This document shows, one piece after another, positions 1 to 7,925 of a DNA stretch of 64,000 nucleotides. This DNA comes from an uncultured Acidobacteriota bacterium (GTDB lineage Bacteria; Acidobacteriota; Thermoanaerobaculia; Thermoanaerobaculales; Sulfomarinibacteraceae). Location: contig CAWFFJ010000026.1 of the NCBI GenBank assembly GCA_963814875.1, forward strand, positions 82,184 to 146,183, read 5' to 3'. Each line of letters starts with the position of its first letter. The first letter of the stretch is position 1. Both the position numbers and the translations under genes were made by a program. The notes beneath the pieces were generated by a model, which was given only the letters and a program-made list of their open reading frames with translations, was not told the DNA's origin and did not search any database.

Positions 1-1
1 C

Positions 2-812
2 GGCTTCGTCGACGTCATCTACTTCGGCACCACCAACGGCTACATCTACAAGCTCGACCTCACCGACGAGGCTGTTCTCACCGATGACGGGACCAACGTG
101 CCGACGGGCATGCGGGTCAGCAACTGGACTTTGCAGCCGATGTACTCCTTCGGAGCCGACATCAAGTTCTACACGAGGCCCGTCCTCGTCCCGTTACGCT
201 TCGACGTCAACGGTTACCAATACGCCCTCGCGATGGGATCCGGCGACCGCGACAACATCGACCAGGAGAGCGCCATGGTCGAGAATTTCTACTTCGTGCT
301 CGAGAATACTCCGGAGGGCAGAGGTAACGAGGCCAACCTCCAGGGTGTCGCCTACGATGCCGACCCGGCGACCGCTGGAACGAACTACTTCAATCCCAAC
401 GGCGACGGCGGGGTGGACCCGACCTTCGGGTGGTACCTCATCCTGCGCGCCGGCGAGAAAGTCTCGACCGATGCCGTGGTGGTGGGTCAGACCGTGGTCT
501 TCCCGACCTTCGTGCGCACGCCGCTAATCCGGACAACCCGCCGCACCGATGGCGACGGCAACGTCATCTGCCAGGCCTCGGGCCTCGGACGCCTGTACCA
601 GGTCAACTACCTCAACGCCAATCCGATCGGCGATGTGCGCGGTGTGGATACCGACTCGGGCTGATCACCGGTCTCGTGCCGGCCGGCGGTGGCGGCACCT
701 CTGGCAATGGCGACGACACCGACTACATTGCCACCGGCCAGGCGGCCGGGTTCGAGGTAGGCCGCTGCCGAACAACAGCGGAACACGCGTGACGAACTGG
801 CGGCAGGAGTAA
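2..812 (+). pseudogene. pilY1: PilY1-like type IV pilus tip adhesin, C-terminal beta-propeller part. The 5' end lies outside the window. The intact ORF stops at 664, but coding signal appears to continue to TAA 810-812 through two 1-nt frame changes.
   Basis: The translation GFVDVIYFGTTNGYIYKLDL...GRLYQVNYLNANP is typical of PilY1/PilC propeller blades. After TGA 662-664, GC3-rich codons continue in frame 1 (LITGLVPAGGGGTSGNGDDTDYIATGQAAGFEV). From about 765 they continue in frame 0 (LPNNSGTRVTNWRQE, then a stop). Confidence 0.6.
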
Positions 813-815
813 GGC

Positions 816-1621
816 ATGCGGATCACGAAGGTCGTCATTGGACTGCTCAGCGGGCTCCTCGTCGCCGCCGCGGCGCGCGGTCGAGATCCCGCTGAAGAAC
901 GGCCCGACGCTCGATGCTTCGTCCTACACGATCACCGGCTCCTACCTGATGGCAACCCTCACCAATGGGCAGCGGGTCGCTTACGACGTTGCGGATGTCG
1001 ACCTCGAGGCGCTCCAGCGCGCCGAGGCGGCCACCGATGCGCCGGCGGAGATCGCGGCGCAGCCGGAGGAGGCCAGGCCACCATCGATTATGGATGCGCG
1101 CGCTGCCGAGGACCGTCCTCGGTCCGTCGTCACGATCACCGACGACGACGTGGCGCCTGCACGTTCCGAGGAGGAGGCGGGTGCCGCAGGAGAGCCAGCC
1201 GTCGCGGCGGGGCCGCCGGCTGGATATACCGAGGGCAGCGGGGTGGTGGTCGACCGGCTTCGAGTCGATCAGGTCGATGAAGGGATCTGGGACGTCCGCG
1301 GCGTCATCGTCAACCGCGGTTCTGCGCCCGCTCGGGATGTCCGCGTTCGGATCGACCTCACTAACGCGGCGGGCGAGGCGCTGGCCTCGCCGACCCTCGA
1401 GCTGTCGCCAGAGCTCGGCATCGGGGAGACCGCGTCTTTCTCCCACCACGTCGAGGCCCCGGAACAGCCGGCGGCGAAGATCCGGGTGTTCTGGACGCAG
1501 GCATCGACGCCAACACAGGCGAACGAAGGTGCGCGCGATACGGGCCCTGCCGCGGCGAAGCCTCAGGGAACGGGAGATACGCCGCAGCCGGTGCCGCAGC
1601 GCCGCAATTCGAGGCTGACCG
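816..1621 (+). pseudogene. Secreted protein of unknown function with an FxLYD/DUF3426-like beta-sandwich C-terminal part. There is an apparent frameshift inside the signal-peptide coding region, and the 3' end is unresolved.
   Basis: ATG 816 has an AGGAG Shine-Dalgarno 7 nt upstream and encodes the signal peptide MRITKVVIGLLSGLLVAAAA. That frame turns to Arg-rich junk after about 876. The plausible mature protein (AVEIPLKNGPTLDASSYTITG...VRGVIVNRGSAPARDVRVRIDLTNAAGEAL) is in the +1 frame (formal ORF 838-2136). GC3 bias in that frame is lost after about 1620. Confidence 0.45.
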
Positions 1622-2140
1622 GTGCGACGTTTCGGCCGCCTGTCAGCTCTGATTGCGGCAGCCCTCGTGCTGACTGTCGCTGCTGTTGCCGTCGTTCTGC
1701 TGCACCGGCACTGGGCCGGGCGAGTCCAGTCGCCTGCAGGCGGACTGTCGCCATCGCCGAGCCCGTCGAGCGTTTTCCTGTCCACCGTCAAGGTGACGAC
1801 GGACGGTCCTCGGGTCGCTATCGGCAGACTCTACGCGTCTCCCGAGCGGATGGGAACGTGGTGGGAGTTCACTGTCATCTGCAAGGAGATCGAGGGCTGC
1901 CACGACGAGCTCGAGTTCGAAATCGAATACCGAGAGGGCGGCCATGCGGGCCGTGTGACCCATCGAAGGGTCGTCGACCTTCCATCTCTCGGGCAGATGA
2001 AGATCCGCTTCATGGAGCGTCAACAGCACCCGGTCGATGCTGTCGACAGTGTCACCGTGCACTCGCTTCGGAAGATCACCACAGAGCCGGGTCAGCGCGG
2101 GCCGGCGGCAACACCGAGGCCGCGCACCATTCATGATTAG
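1622..2140 (+). CDS. Hypothetical membrane-anchored protein with an N-terminal signal anchor and a roughly 120-aa domain
   Basis: GTG start 3 nt after a frame-2 TGA. The transmembrane segment is MRRFGRLSALIAAALVLTVAAVAVVLL, followed by non-repetitive sequence (TWWEFTVICKEIEGCHDELEFEIEYREGG) with reasonable GC3 bias. Confidence 0.6.
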   Translation: MRRFGRLSALIAAALVLTVAAVAVVLLHRHWAGRVQSPAGGLSPSPSPSSVFLSTVKVTTDGPRVAIGRLYASPERMGTWWEFTVICKEIEGCHDELEFEIEYREGGHAGRVTHRRVVDLPSLGQMKIRFMERQQHPVDAVDSVTVHSLRKITTEPGQRGPAATPRPRTIHD

Positions 2141-2226
2141 GGCGCCTGACGTGGACCTCGCCTCCGCGTGGCGACCTTCTCAGGGCATGCCCCTCGACTC
2201 CCGTGGACTCTCGAAGGGGCGCGGGA

Positions 2227-4122
2227 TTACTTCGACGCCCCGCCCTCCCGGCGGGCCAGGATCGCCTCGATCTCGTCCATGATCCGGTTCATCCGCGACA
2301 GCAGGGCCTGGTAGGGCGCCGGGGTCGCGAGGTCGACCCCTGCGTCCTTGAGGAGCTGGTAGGGGTAGGCCGATCCGCCCGACCTGAGCACGCTCAGGTA
2401 GCGCTCCCTGGCGCCCGGCTGGCCGGCGAGGACCTCGTCGGCGAACAGCGATGAAGCGGCCAGCGAGGTGGCGTACTGGTAGACGTAGAAGTTGTAGTAG
2501 AAGTGGGGGATGTAGGCCCACTCTACGGTGTAGGCGTCGTCCACGGTGAGCACGCCCTGGTCCTGGCCGTGATAGCGGCGCAGGAGCTCGCCGTACTCCT
2601 TGGTCAGGCGTTGGCCCGACAGCGCCTCGCCCTTTTCGACCAGCTCGTGGATCCGGAGCTCGAACTCGGCGAACATCGCCTGCCGGAAGAAGGTCCCGCG
2701 CAGGCCCTCGAGCGCCGAGCCCAGGTAGTACAGACGCTCGGTATCGTCCTTCGCGGTCGCCAGCATGTGGTCGAGCAGCAGCGCCTCGTTGAACGTCGAG
2801 GCGACCTCGGCGACGAAGATCGAGTAGTCGGAGGTCGCAAACGGCTGCGCCGCGTTCGCGAGGAAGGAGTGCATGGCGTGGCCCCACTCGTGGGCCATCG
2901 TGCTCACCGACTCGTAGTCGTCGTTGTAGTTCAACAGGACGTAGGGGTGGACGTCGTAGACGGAGCCGTTGGAGTAGGCCCCGGAGCGCTTGCCGGGCTG
3001 CGGGAAGACGTCCATCCAGCGCTGTCCGAAGCCGCGACGGACGGTGTCGACGTAGTCCTTGCCGAGCGGGGCGAGCGCGTCGAGCACGACCTTCTCGCCG
3101 GTTGCGACCGGAAACGTGAGGTCGGCGGAGACCAGCGGCGGGTAGATGTCGTAGTAGCGCAGGTCCGCGATGCCGAGCATTCGACCGCGCAGCTTGAAGT
3201 AGCGGTACAGGGTCGGCAGGCCGTCGTTGGTCGCCGCGATGAGTGTTCGGTAGACCGCCTCGGGCACGTTAGTGCGGTCGAGGGCGGCGGCGAGCGCGTT
3301 CGGGTAGTTGCGCGCCTTGGCGTAGAACATGTCGCGCTTGACCTGGGAGTAGAGGGTGACGCCGCAGGTCCGCTCCCACTCCTTCCAGGTCTTCCAGAAG
3401 GTGTCGAAGACCAGCTTGCGGTCGGCCCGGTTCTCCGTCGCGCGCCAGCGGGTGTAGCCGGACTGGTCGAGGCGTGCAGAGGTGCCGTCGGACAGCGTGA
3501 CCGTCGGCCACGGCATGTCGGCGTTGGCCAGGATCGAGTAGATCGAGTAGGGCGCATCGGACATCAGGGAGGCGTCGGCGATCACACCCTCGGCCTCCTC
3601 GCCGAGGGTGTGGGGCTTGCGCCGCAAGGTGTCCTCGAGGGCGTGGCGGTAGAGCTCGAGGCTCGGGTCGGCGGCGAGCAGCTCGTTGATGCGAGCCTCA
3701 CCGGCGGCGAGCAGCTCGGGCTCGATGAAGCTGGTCACGGAAGCGAAGTGGGAGCCGAGCAGGGAGGCTTCCTGGCGCAGCTCCAGGGGTCGCGCCGCAC
3801 GGGTGTCCTCGTCGGACAGCATCGAGGCGTAGGACTCGACGCGCTGCATCTCCTTGAGTGCGCCGTAGAGGCTGTCGAAGCACCCCTTGAGGCGCGCTGC
3901 GCTCTCGGTCAGGTGTCCCTGGCACTCGGCGAGGGGGACCAGCCGACTCTCGATGTCCTGCCGGGCCTGCTGCCAGGCCGCCTCATCGGGGTAGATGTCG
4001 GCCAGGTTCCAACGGTAGGCCTGAGCGTCGTCCATGCTGGAGTCCTCCTGCGCCGGCACGGCCGGCGCCACGAGCGCGAGCGCGAGCGCGGCGGGGATGA
4101 TCGACCGTCCGAAGAGCGTCAT
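2227..4122 (-). CDS. pepF: M3-family oligoendopeptidase F with a signal peptide
   Basis: 631 aa with the HEXXH zinc motif in MAHEWGHAMHS. Length and overall similarity pattern fit M3B PepF. The N-terminal signal peptide is MTLFGRSIIPAALALALVAPAVPAQ. Confidence 0.9.
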   Translation of the reverse strand: MTLFGRSIIPAALALALVAPAVPAQEDSSMDDAQAYRWNLADIYPDEAAWQQARQDIESRLVPLAECQGHLTESAARLKGCFDSLYGALKEMQRVESYASMLSDEDTRAARPLELRQEASLLGSHFASVTSFIEPELLAAGEARINELLAADPSLELYRHALEDTLRRKPHTLGEEAEGVIADASLMSDAPYSIYSILANADMPWPTVTLSDGTSARLDQSGYTRWRATENRADRKLVFDTFWKTWKEWERTCGVTLYSQVKRDMFYAKARNYPNALAAALDRTNVPEAVYRTLIAATNDGLPTLYRYFKLRGRMLGIADLRYYDIYPPLVSADLTFPVATGEKVVLDALAPLGKDYVDTVRRGFGQRWMDVFPQPGKRSGAYSNGSVYDVHPYVLLNYNDDYESVSTMAHEWGHAMHSFLANAAQPFATSDYSIFVAEVASTFNEALLLDHMLATAKDDTERLYYLGSALEGLRGTFFRQAMFAEFELRIHELVEKGEALSGQRLTKEYGELLRRYHGQDQGVLTVDDAYTVEWAYIPHFYYNFYVYQYATSLAASSLFADEVLAGQPGARERYLSVLRSGGSAYPYQLLKDAGVDLATPAPYQALLSRMNRIMDEIEAILARREGGASK

Positions 4123-4167
4123 CGCGAACCTCCCGGGCGCGGCGGTGCGGTCCGCCGCGAGCGGCCT

Positions 4168-4196
4168 ATCTTAGTGATCGCAACGGTCGGCGGCAA
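4168..4196 (-). promoter_or_regulatory. Candidate sigma70-type promoter of pepF
   Basis: On the minus strand: TTGCCG (4196-4191), 17-nt spacer, TAAGAT (4173-4168). It lies about 45 nt upstream of ATG 4122, which is preceded by GGGAGG. Confidence 0.4.
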
Positions 4197-4228
4197 GGTC
4201 GTTTCCGCTACGACGTCGTCCGTCCGGG

Positions 4229-4234
4229 TAGAAT
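4229..4234 (+). promoter_or_regulatory. Candidate -10 box (TAGAAT) for the M16 peptidase gene
   Basis: TAGAAT lies 18 nt upstream of ATG 4253. A G-rich Shine-Dalgarno (GGGGGGAG) sits between them. Confidence 0.35.
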
Positions 4235-4252
4235 GGCGCTCCCGGGGGGAGC

Positions 4253-6859
4253 ATGGCCCACGACTTCGAGCTCACCGACAGTGTCGACTCCGTTCGCGAG
4301 TGGCGTCATCGTGCCAATCGGCTGCGGGTACTGGTGTCCCCGACACCGGTGGCGCCCGTGGTCAGCTTCGGCGTCGTCTACGCCGTCGGCTCACGCCACG
4401 AGGGCGCCGGCCACACCGGCGCCACTCACCTCCTCGAGCACCTCATGTTCAAGGGGACGGAGCGCTTCAACCGCGACCGCGGGACCGAGATCGCGCGCGT
4501 CCTGCAGCGGGTCGGCGCGGCGTTCAACGCCACCACCTGGCTCGACCGGACCAACTACTACGAGACCGTGCCGATCGAGCACCTCGAGCTCGCGATCGAC
4601 ATCGAGGCCGACCGGATGCGCGGCGCGAGGGTCCGTCCCGAGGACCTCGAGAGCGAGCGCACGGTTGTCCTCAACGAGCTCGAGCGCGGCGAGAACGAGC
4701 CCTTCGACGTGCTCATGAAGGCCTCCTTCGCGCATGCCTTCCTCGAGCACCCCTACCATCACCCGACTATCGGGTGGCGCTCGGACGTCGAGAGCATCAG
4801 CGCCGAGGTCCTGCGCCGCTTCTACGACACCTACTACCACCCGGACAACGCCACCGTCATCGTCACCGGTGAGATCGACGAGGCGGCCGCGCTGGAGCAG
4901 GTGGAACGCCGTTTCGGTGCGATTCCCCCGGCTCCGGCTCCGGTGCCCGAGGTGCGCGCCCGCGAGGGCGTTCAGCGCGGCGAGCGCCGGTTCGTCCTCC
5001 ACCGGGCGGCGGAGGTCGGCGCCCTGGCGATGACCTGGCACATTCCGGCGGGGCTCCACCCCGACCTGCCCGCGCTGTCGGTGCTCAGCCAGGTGCTCTC
5101 CGAGGGCGTCACCTCGCGGCTCTACCAGCGCCTGGTCGAGACCAACCGCTGCCTCGGCGTGCACGCGTTCCCGATGGAGCTGCACGACCCGGGCGCGGTG
5201 CTCGTGTTCGCGACCCTCGCGCCGGGCGTACCCCACGCCGAGATCGAGGCGGTCCTGCGGGAGGAGATCACCGCGCTGGCGCACGTTCGTCCGCAGGAGG
5301 ACGAGATGGCGCGGGCCAAGATCCAGGTCCGCACCGACCTCGCGTTCCACCGCGAGTCGCCGGCGCAGATTCTCGCCGGCCTCACGGAGGCGGTGGCGAT
5401 GGGTGACTGGAGGAGGTTCCTGGGCGAGCTGGAGGCGGTCTCGGCGGTCACCGCAGACGACGTCTCCCGGGTTGCCGCCGAGCACCTCCACGAGCGCAAC
5501 CTGACCGTCGGATGGCTGGTGCCCGAGGACGGCAACGGCACGATGGCAGCCGATCCCGACCCGGGGCCGCGGCCGTGCTTCTTGAGCCGGCCCCTGGCCG
5601 ATCGGGTTGCGCTCAAGGACCTGCCGAGCGGCGGTCGGGTGGCGGTGCTGTCGAACCCGCACGCTCCCACGGTGACCATCGCCGGCAGTTTACGGGCGGG
5701 CCGGGCGATGGTCGAGGACCAACGGTTCGGCGTCGCAGGGTTAACGGCGGCGATGCTCGACCGCGGCACGGCGCACCACGACCGGCTCTCCTTCGCCCGC
5801 GAGATCGAGGACCACGGTCTACAGCTCGGGGTCGACACCTCCGGCAGCCTGCCGACCGTGGTGACGCTGTCGGTCCAGGGGCTCGCAGAGGAGCTTCCCC
5901 GGATGGCCGGCCTGCTGGCAGAGGTGCTGCGCGAGCCGTCCTTTGCCGCCGACCAGCTCGAGATCCTGCGCGAGCAGATCCTCGGCAGCCTCGCTCGCGA
6001 GCGCGAGGACACGTTTTCTCAGGGCTTCGCCGCCCTGACCCGTCTGCTCTACCCGGCGGGTCACCCGCACCATCGGCGATGCGTTGCGGCGCGCCGCGAG
6101 GAGGTGCTCGGCATCGCGCGTGAGGACCTGGTCGCCTTCCACGCCCGCGCCTACTCGCCGGCGTCGCTGATGCTGGCGGTGGTGGGGGCGGTCGAGGCCG
6201 GCGAGGTTCACGAGCTCCTGGGGGCGGCGTTCGACGGCTGGCTGGTCCCTGCCCCGTCGATCCCGAGCTGGCCGCCGGTCGGCGCGCCCAGCGGAGCGGG
6301 AGAACTGGTGCGGATCGCCGACCGTCCCAACCTCGACGCCTTCCTCGGTCGTGCCGGGAGCCTGCGGCGCGGCGATCCGGACCATCCGGCGGCGATCGTC
6401 GCCAACTCTTGCCTCGGCCAGTCCACCCTCACGTCGCGGCTCGGGGCGGAGGTCCGTGACCGGGCGGGGCTGACCTACGGGATCTACAGTCGCTTCTTCG
6501 GCACCCTCGAGCTGGCCGGGCCGTGGTCGGTCTTTCTCAGCGTGTCGCCGGACAGTCTCGACCGTGCAGTCGAGCTGTGCCGGGAGGTGATCACGCGCTA
6601 CTGGAGCGAAGGCCCGGCCGTCGACGAGCTCGAGGACGAGCGTCAGGCCTTGGCGGGGAGCTACCGCGTGTCGCTCGCGACCAACGCCGGCGTCGCCCGC
6701 GAGCTGGTCACGATGCTCACCGCCGGAGAGTCGGTCGAGAGCGTCGACCGCTACCCGGACGAGCTGCTCGCAGTCAGTCGAGAGCAGGTGATGGAGGCGA
6801 TTCGCACGCACCTGCACCCGGACGGACTTGTGGTCACAGCCGCCGGGAGCGTGCCGTAG
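4253..6859 (+). CDS. M16 (pitrilysin/insulinase) family zinc peptidase with fused active and inactive halves
   Basis: 868 aa with the inverted zinc motif HxxEH in GATHLLEHLMFKGTERF. A second M16-like half follows (about residue 450 onward). Confidence 0.9.
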   Translation: MAHDFELTDSVDSVREWRHRANRLRVLVSPTPVAPVVSFGVVYAVGSRHEGAGHTGATHLLEHLMFKGTERFNRDRGTEIARVLQRVGAAFNATTWLDRTNYYETVPIEHLELAIDIEADRMRGARVRPEDLESERTVVLNELERGENEPFDVLMKASFAHAFLEHPYHHPTIGWRSDVESISAEVLRRFYDTYYHPDNATVIVTGEIDEAAALEQVERRFGAIPPAPAPVPEVRAREGVQRGERRFVLHRAAEVGALAMTWHIPAGLHPDLPALSVLSQVLSEGVTSRLYQRLVETNRCLGVHAFPMELHDPGAVLVFATLAPGVPHAEIEAVLREEITALAHVRPQEDEMARAKIQVRTDLAFHRESPAQILAGLTEAVAMGDWRRFLGELEAVSAVTADDVSRVAAEHLHERNLTVGWLVPEDGNGTMAADPDPGPRPCFLSRPLADRVALKDLPSGGRVAVLSNPHAPTVTIAGSLRAGRAMVEDQRFGVAGLTAAMLDRGTAHHDRLSFAREIEDHGLQLGVDTSGSLPTVVTLSVQGLAEELPRMAGLLAEVLREPSFAADQLEILREQILGSLAREREDTFSQGFAALTRLLYPAGHPHHRRCVAARREEVLGIAREDLVAFHARAYSPASLMLAVVGAVEAGEVHELLGAAFDGWLVPAPSIPSWPPVGAPSGAGELVRIADRPNLDAFLGRAGSLRRGDPDHPAAIVANSCLGQSTLTSRLGAEVRDRAGLTYGIYSRFFGTLELAGPWSVFLSVSPDSLDRAVELCREVITRYWSEGPAVDELEDERQALAGSYRVSLATNAGVARELVTMLTAGESVESVDRYPDELLAVSREQVMEAIRTHLHPDGLVVTAAGSVP

Positions 6860-6867
6860 TAGCGCGA

Positions 6868-6924
6868 ACCGCGCAGCCCCTTGGCAGGCGTCCCTGTCGG
6901 GCAAGCGGGCGGAGGGGCTGCGCG
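6868..6924. terminator. Long-loop hairpin between convergent genes. A second 8-bp hairpin lies at 6938-6956.
   Basis: Perfect 12-bp stem CCGCGCAGCCCC (6868-6879) pairs with GGGGCTGCGCGG (6913-6924). GGATTCGC (6938-6945) pairs with GCGAATCC (6949-6956). There is no strong U-tract. Confidence 0.3.
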
Positions 6925-6981
6925 GCACGCGCTGCTTTGGATTCGCTGCGCGAATCCCGGTCAATGTCCTCGGCACGGGGC

Positions 6982-7056
6982 CTAGAAGCCCGTCGCGAGG
7001 TCGCCGCTTCCGAGGTGGGCGTCGATCCGGTACGGACCGATCTGTGTCCCGAGCAT
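6982..7056 (-). pseudogene. 24-codon mini-ORF resembling the N-terminus of a Ser/Thr kinase. It may be a gene relic or a small leaderless ORF.
   Basis: MLGTQIGPYRIDAHLGSGDLATGF then stop. IGxYRIxxxLGxG is the usual start of Hanks kinases and the Gly-rich loop (compare IGRYEIVRTLGRGAMG in the kinase at 7922-9868). No kinase-like sequence follows in any frame. Confidence 0.25.
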
Positions 7057-7063
7057 GCCGTTG

Positions 7064-7069
7064 ATTCTA
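7064..7069 (-). promoter_or_regulatory. Candidate -10 box (TAGAAT) placed 7 nt before the mini-ORF ATG 7056
   Basis: The minus strand reads GGCTAGAAT-caacggc-ATG. It lies 5 nt downstream of the MBL gene stop. Confidence 0.3.
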
Positions 7070-7073
7070 GCCG

Positions 7074-7925
7074 TCACTCCCAGTCCACCCACAGCGGATG
7101 GACCCGGCAGGAGAACGCGGGTCGGATGCGGCGCTCCAGCTCGCGCTCGACCTCGCGCAAGCGGTGGCGGCGCGAAGGGTGGAGCAGGACCAGGTGACGG
7201 CAGCCGAATCGGGGGGCCGCAGCCAGCAGGTCGTCGACGTGCAGGTGGCCATAGACGGAGGCGCGTTCCCGGTCTCCCTCCCGGTAGAAGGTGCACTCGA
7301 GCAGGACGACCTCGGCGTCGAGCACCTCCGGGTGGCTGGCGAACAGGCCCGGTCCGGTGTCGGCACAGTATGCGAGCAGACGGACCTCGTCCTCGGTGGT
7401 GACTGTCTCGCCGGCCGACGAGCGCATCGCGATCTCGCGCTCGGGGAGGTGGGCGAGCTCGGGTCGCAGGTGGCGGCGAGCCCAGATCAGGCTCGTGCCG
7501 AGGGTGGGGACCCAGTGGTCGGTGGTGAACAGCTCGAGATCGAGGTCTCGCCGCAGGCGGTGGCGGGTGCCGTCGTCGCCCTCGAGGACGGTGACGTCGT
7601 ACGGGCGCCCGCCTTCCAGACGTGCCGTGATCTCGAGCAGGGCGCGGACGTCCGCTGCGATCATCGTCGGGACCACCGCCGTGCCTCCCGGCATGGAGTT
7701 CAGAAAACGCTGGCTGGCCCAGTACGTCAGGCCGCCGATGTGATCCAGGTGGCCGTGGCTGACCATGACGGTCGGCAGCGGCGGAACCGCACGGTGTGGG
7801 CGGCCGGCATCCAGAGCCAGTCCGAGCTGCGGCAGGACCAGCACCGTTCCGTCGCCGGCCCGCGAGCCGCCGACCAGCTGCAGGGACCCCCAGGATGTGC
7901 TGAGCTCGAGATGGCGCAGGCTCAC
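7074..7925 (-). CDS. MBL-fold metallo-hydrolase (RNase Z-like)
   Basis: 283 aa with the HxHxDH motif in VMVSHGHLDHIGG. GTG start overlaps the kinase stop (GTGA). Confidence 0.85.
   Translation of the reverse strand: MSLRHLELSTSWGSLQLVGGSRAGDGTVLVLPQLGLALDAGRPHRAVPPLPTVMVSHGHLDHIGGLTYWASQRFLNSMPGGTAVVPTMIAADVRALLEITARLEGGRPYDVTVLEGDDGTRHRLRRDLDLELFTTDHWVPTLGTSLIWARRHLRPELAHLPEREIAMRSSAGETVTTEDEVRLLAYCADTGPGLFASHPEVLDAEVVLLECTFYREGDRERASVYGHLHVDDLLAAAPRFGCRHLVLLHPSRRHRLREVERELERRIRPAFSCRVHPLWVDWE

Noticed and set aside
1622-2136. The second half of formal ORF 838-2136, considered as part of one 432-aa protein
   Set aside because: After about 1620 the frame-1 translation becomes Cys/Arg-rich junk with poor third-position GC. 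The overlapping frame-2 ORF (1622-2140) has a signal anchor, sensible composition and better codon bias.
2503-4872. Very long ORFs on the opposite strand or in alternate frames of recognised genes. Examples are 2503-4872 (+, 789 aa), 13695-15326 (-), 18423-19925 (-), 30986-32944 (-), 35374-37938 (-, 854 aa), 40153-41880 (-), 43469-45253 (-), 53042-55162 (+) and 57605-59083 (+).
   Set aside because: They are artefacts of extreme GC content, which makes stop codons rare. Their products are Arg/Gly/Asp/Pro-rich low-complexity sequence with no motifs. Each fully overlaps a gene that has clear family signatures and proper GC3 bias.
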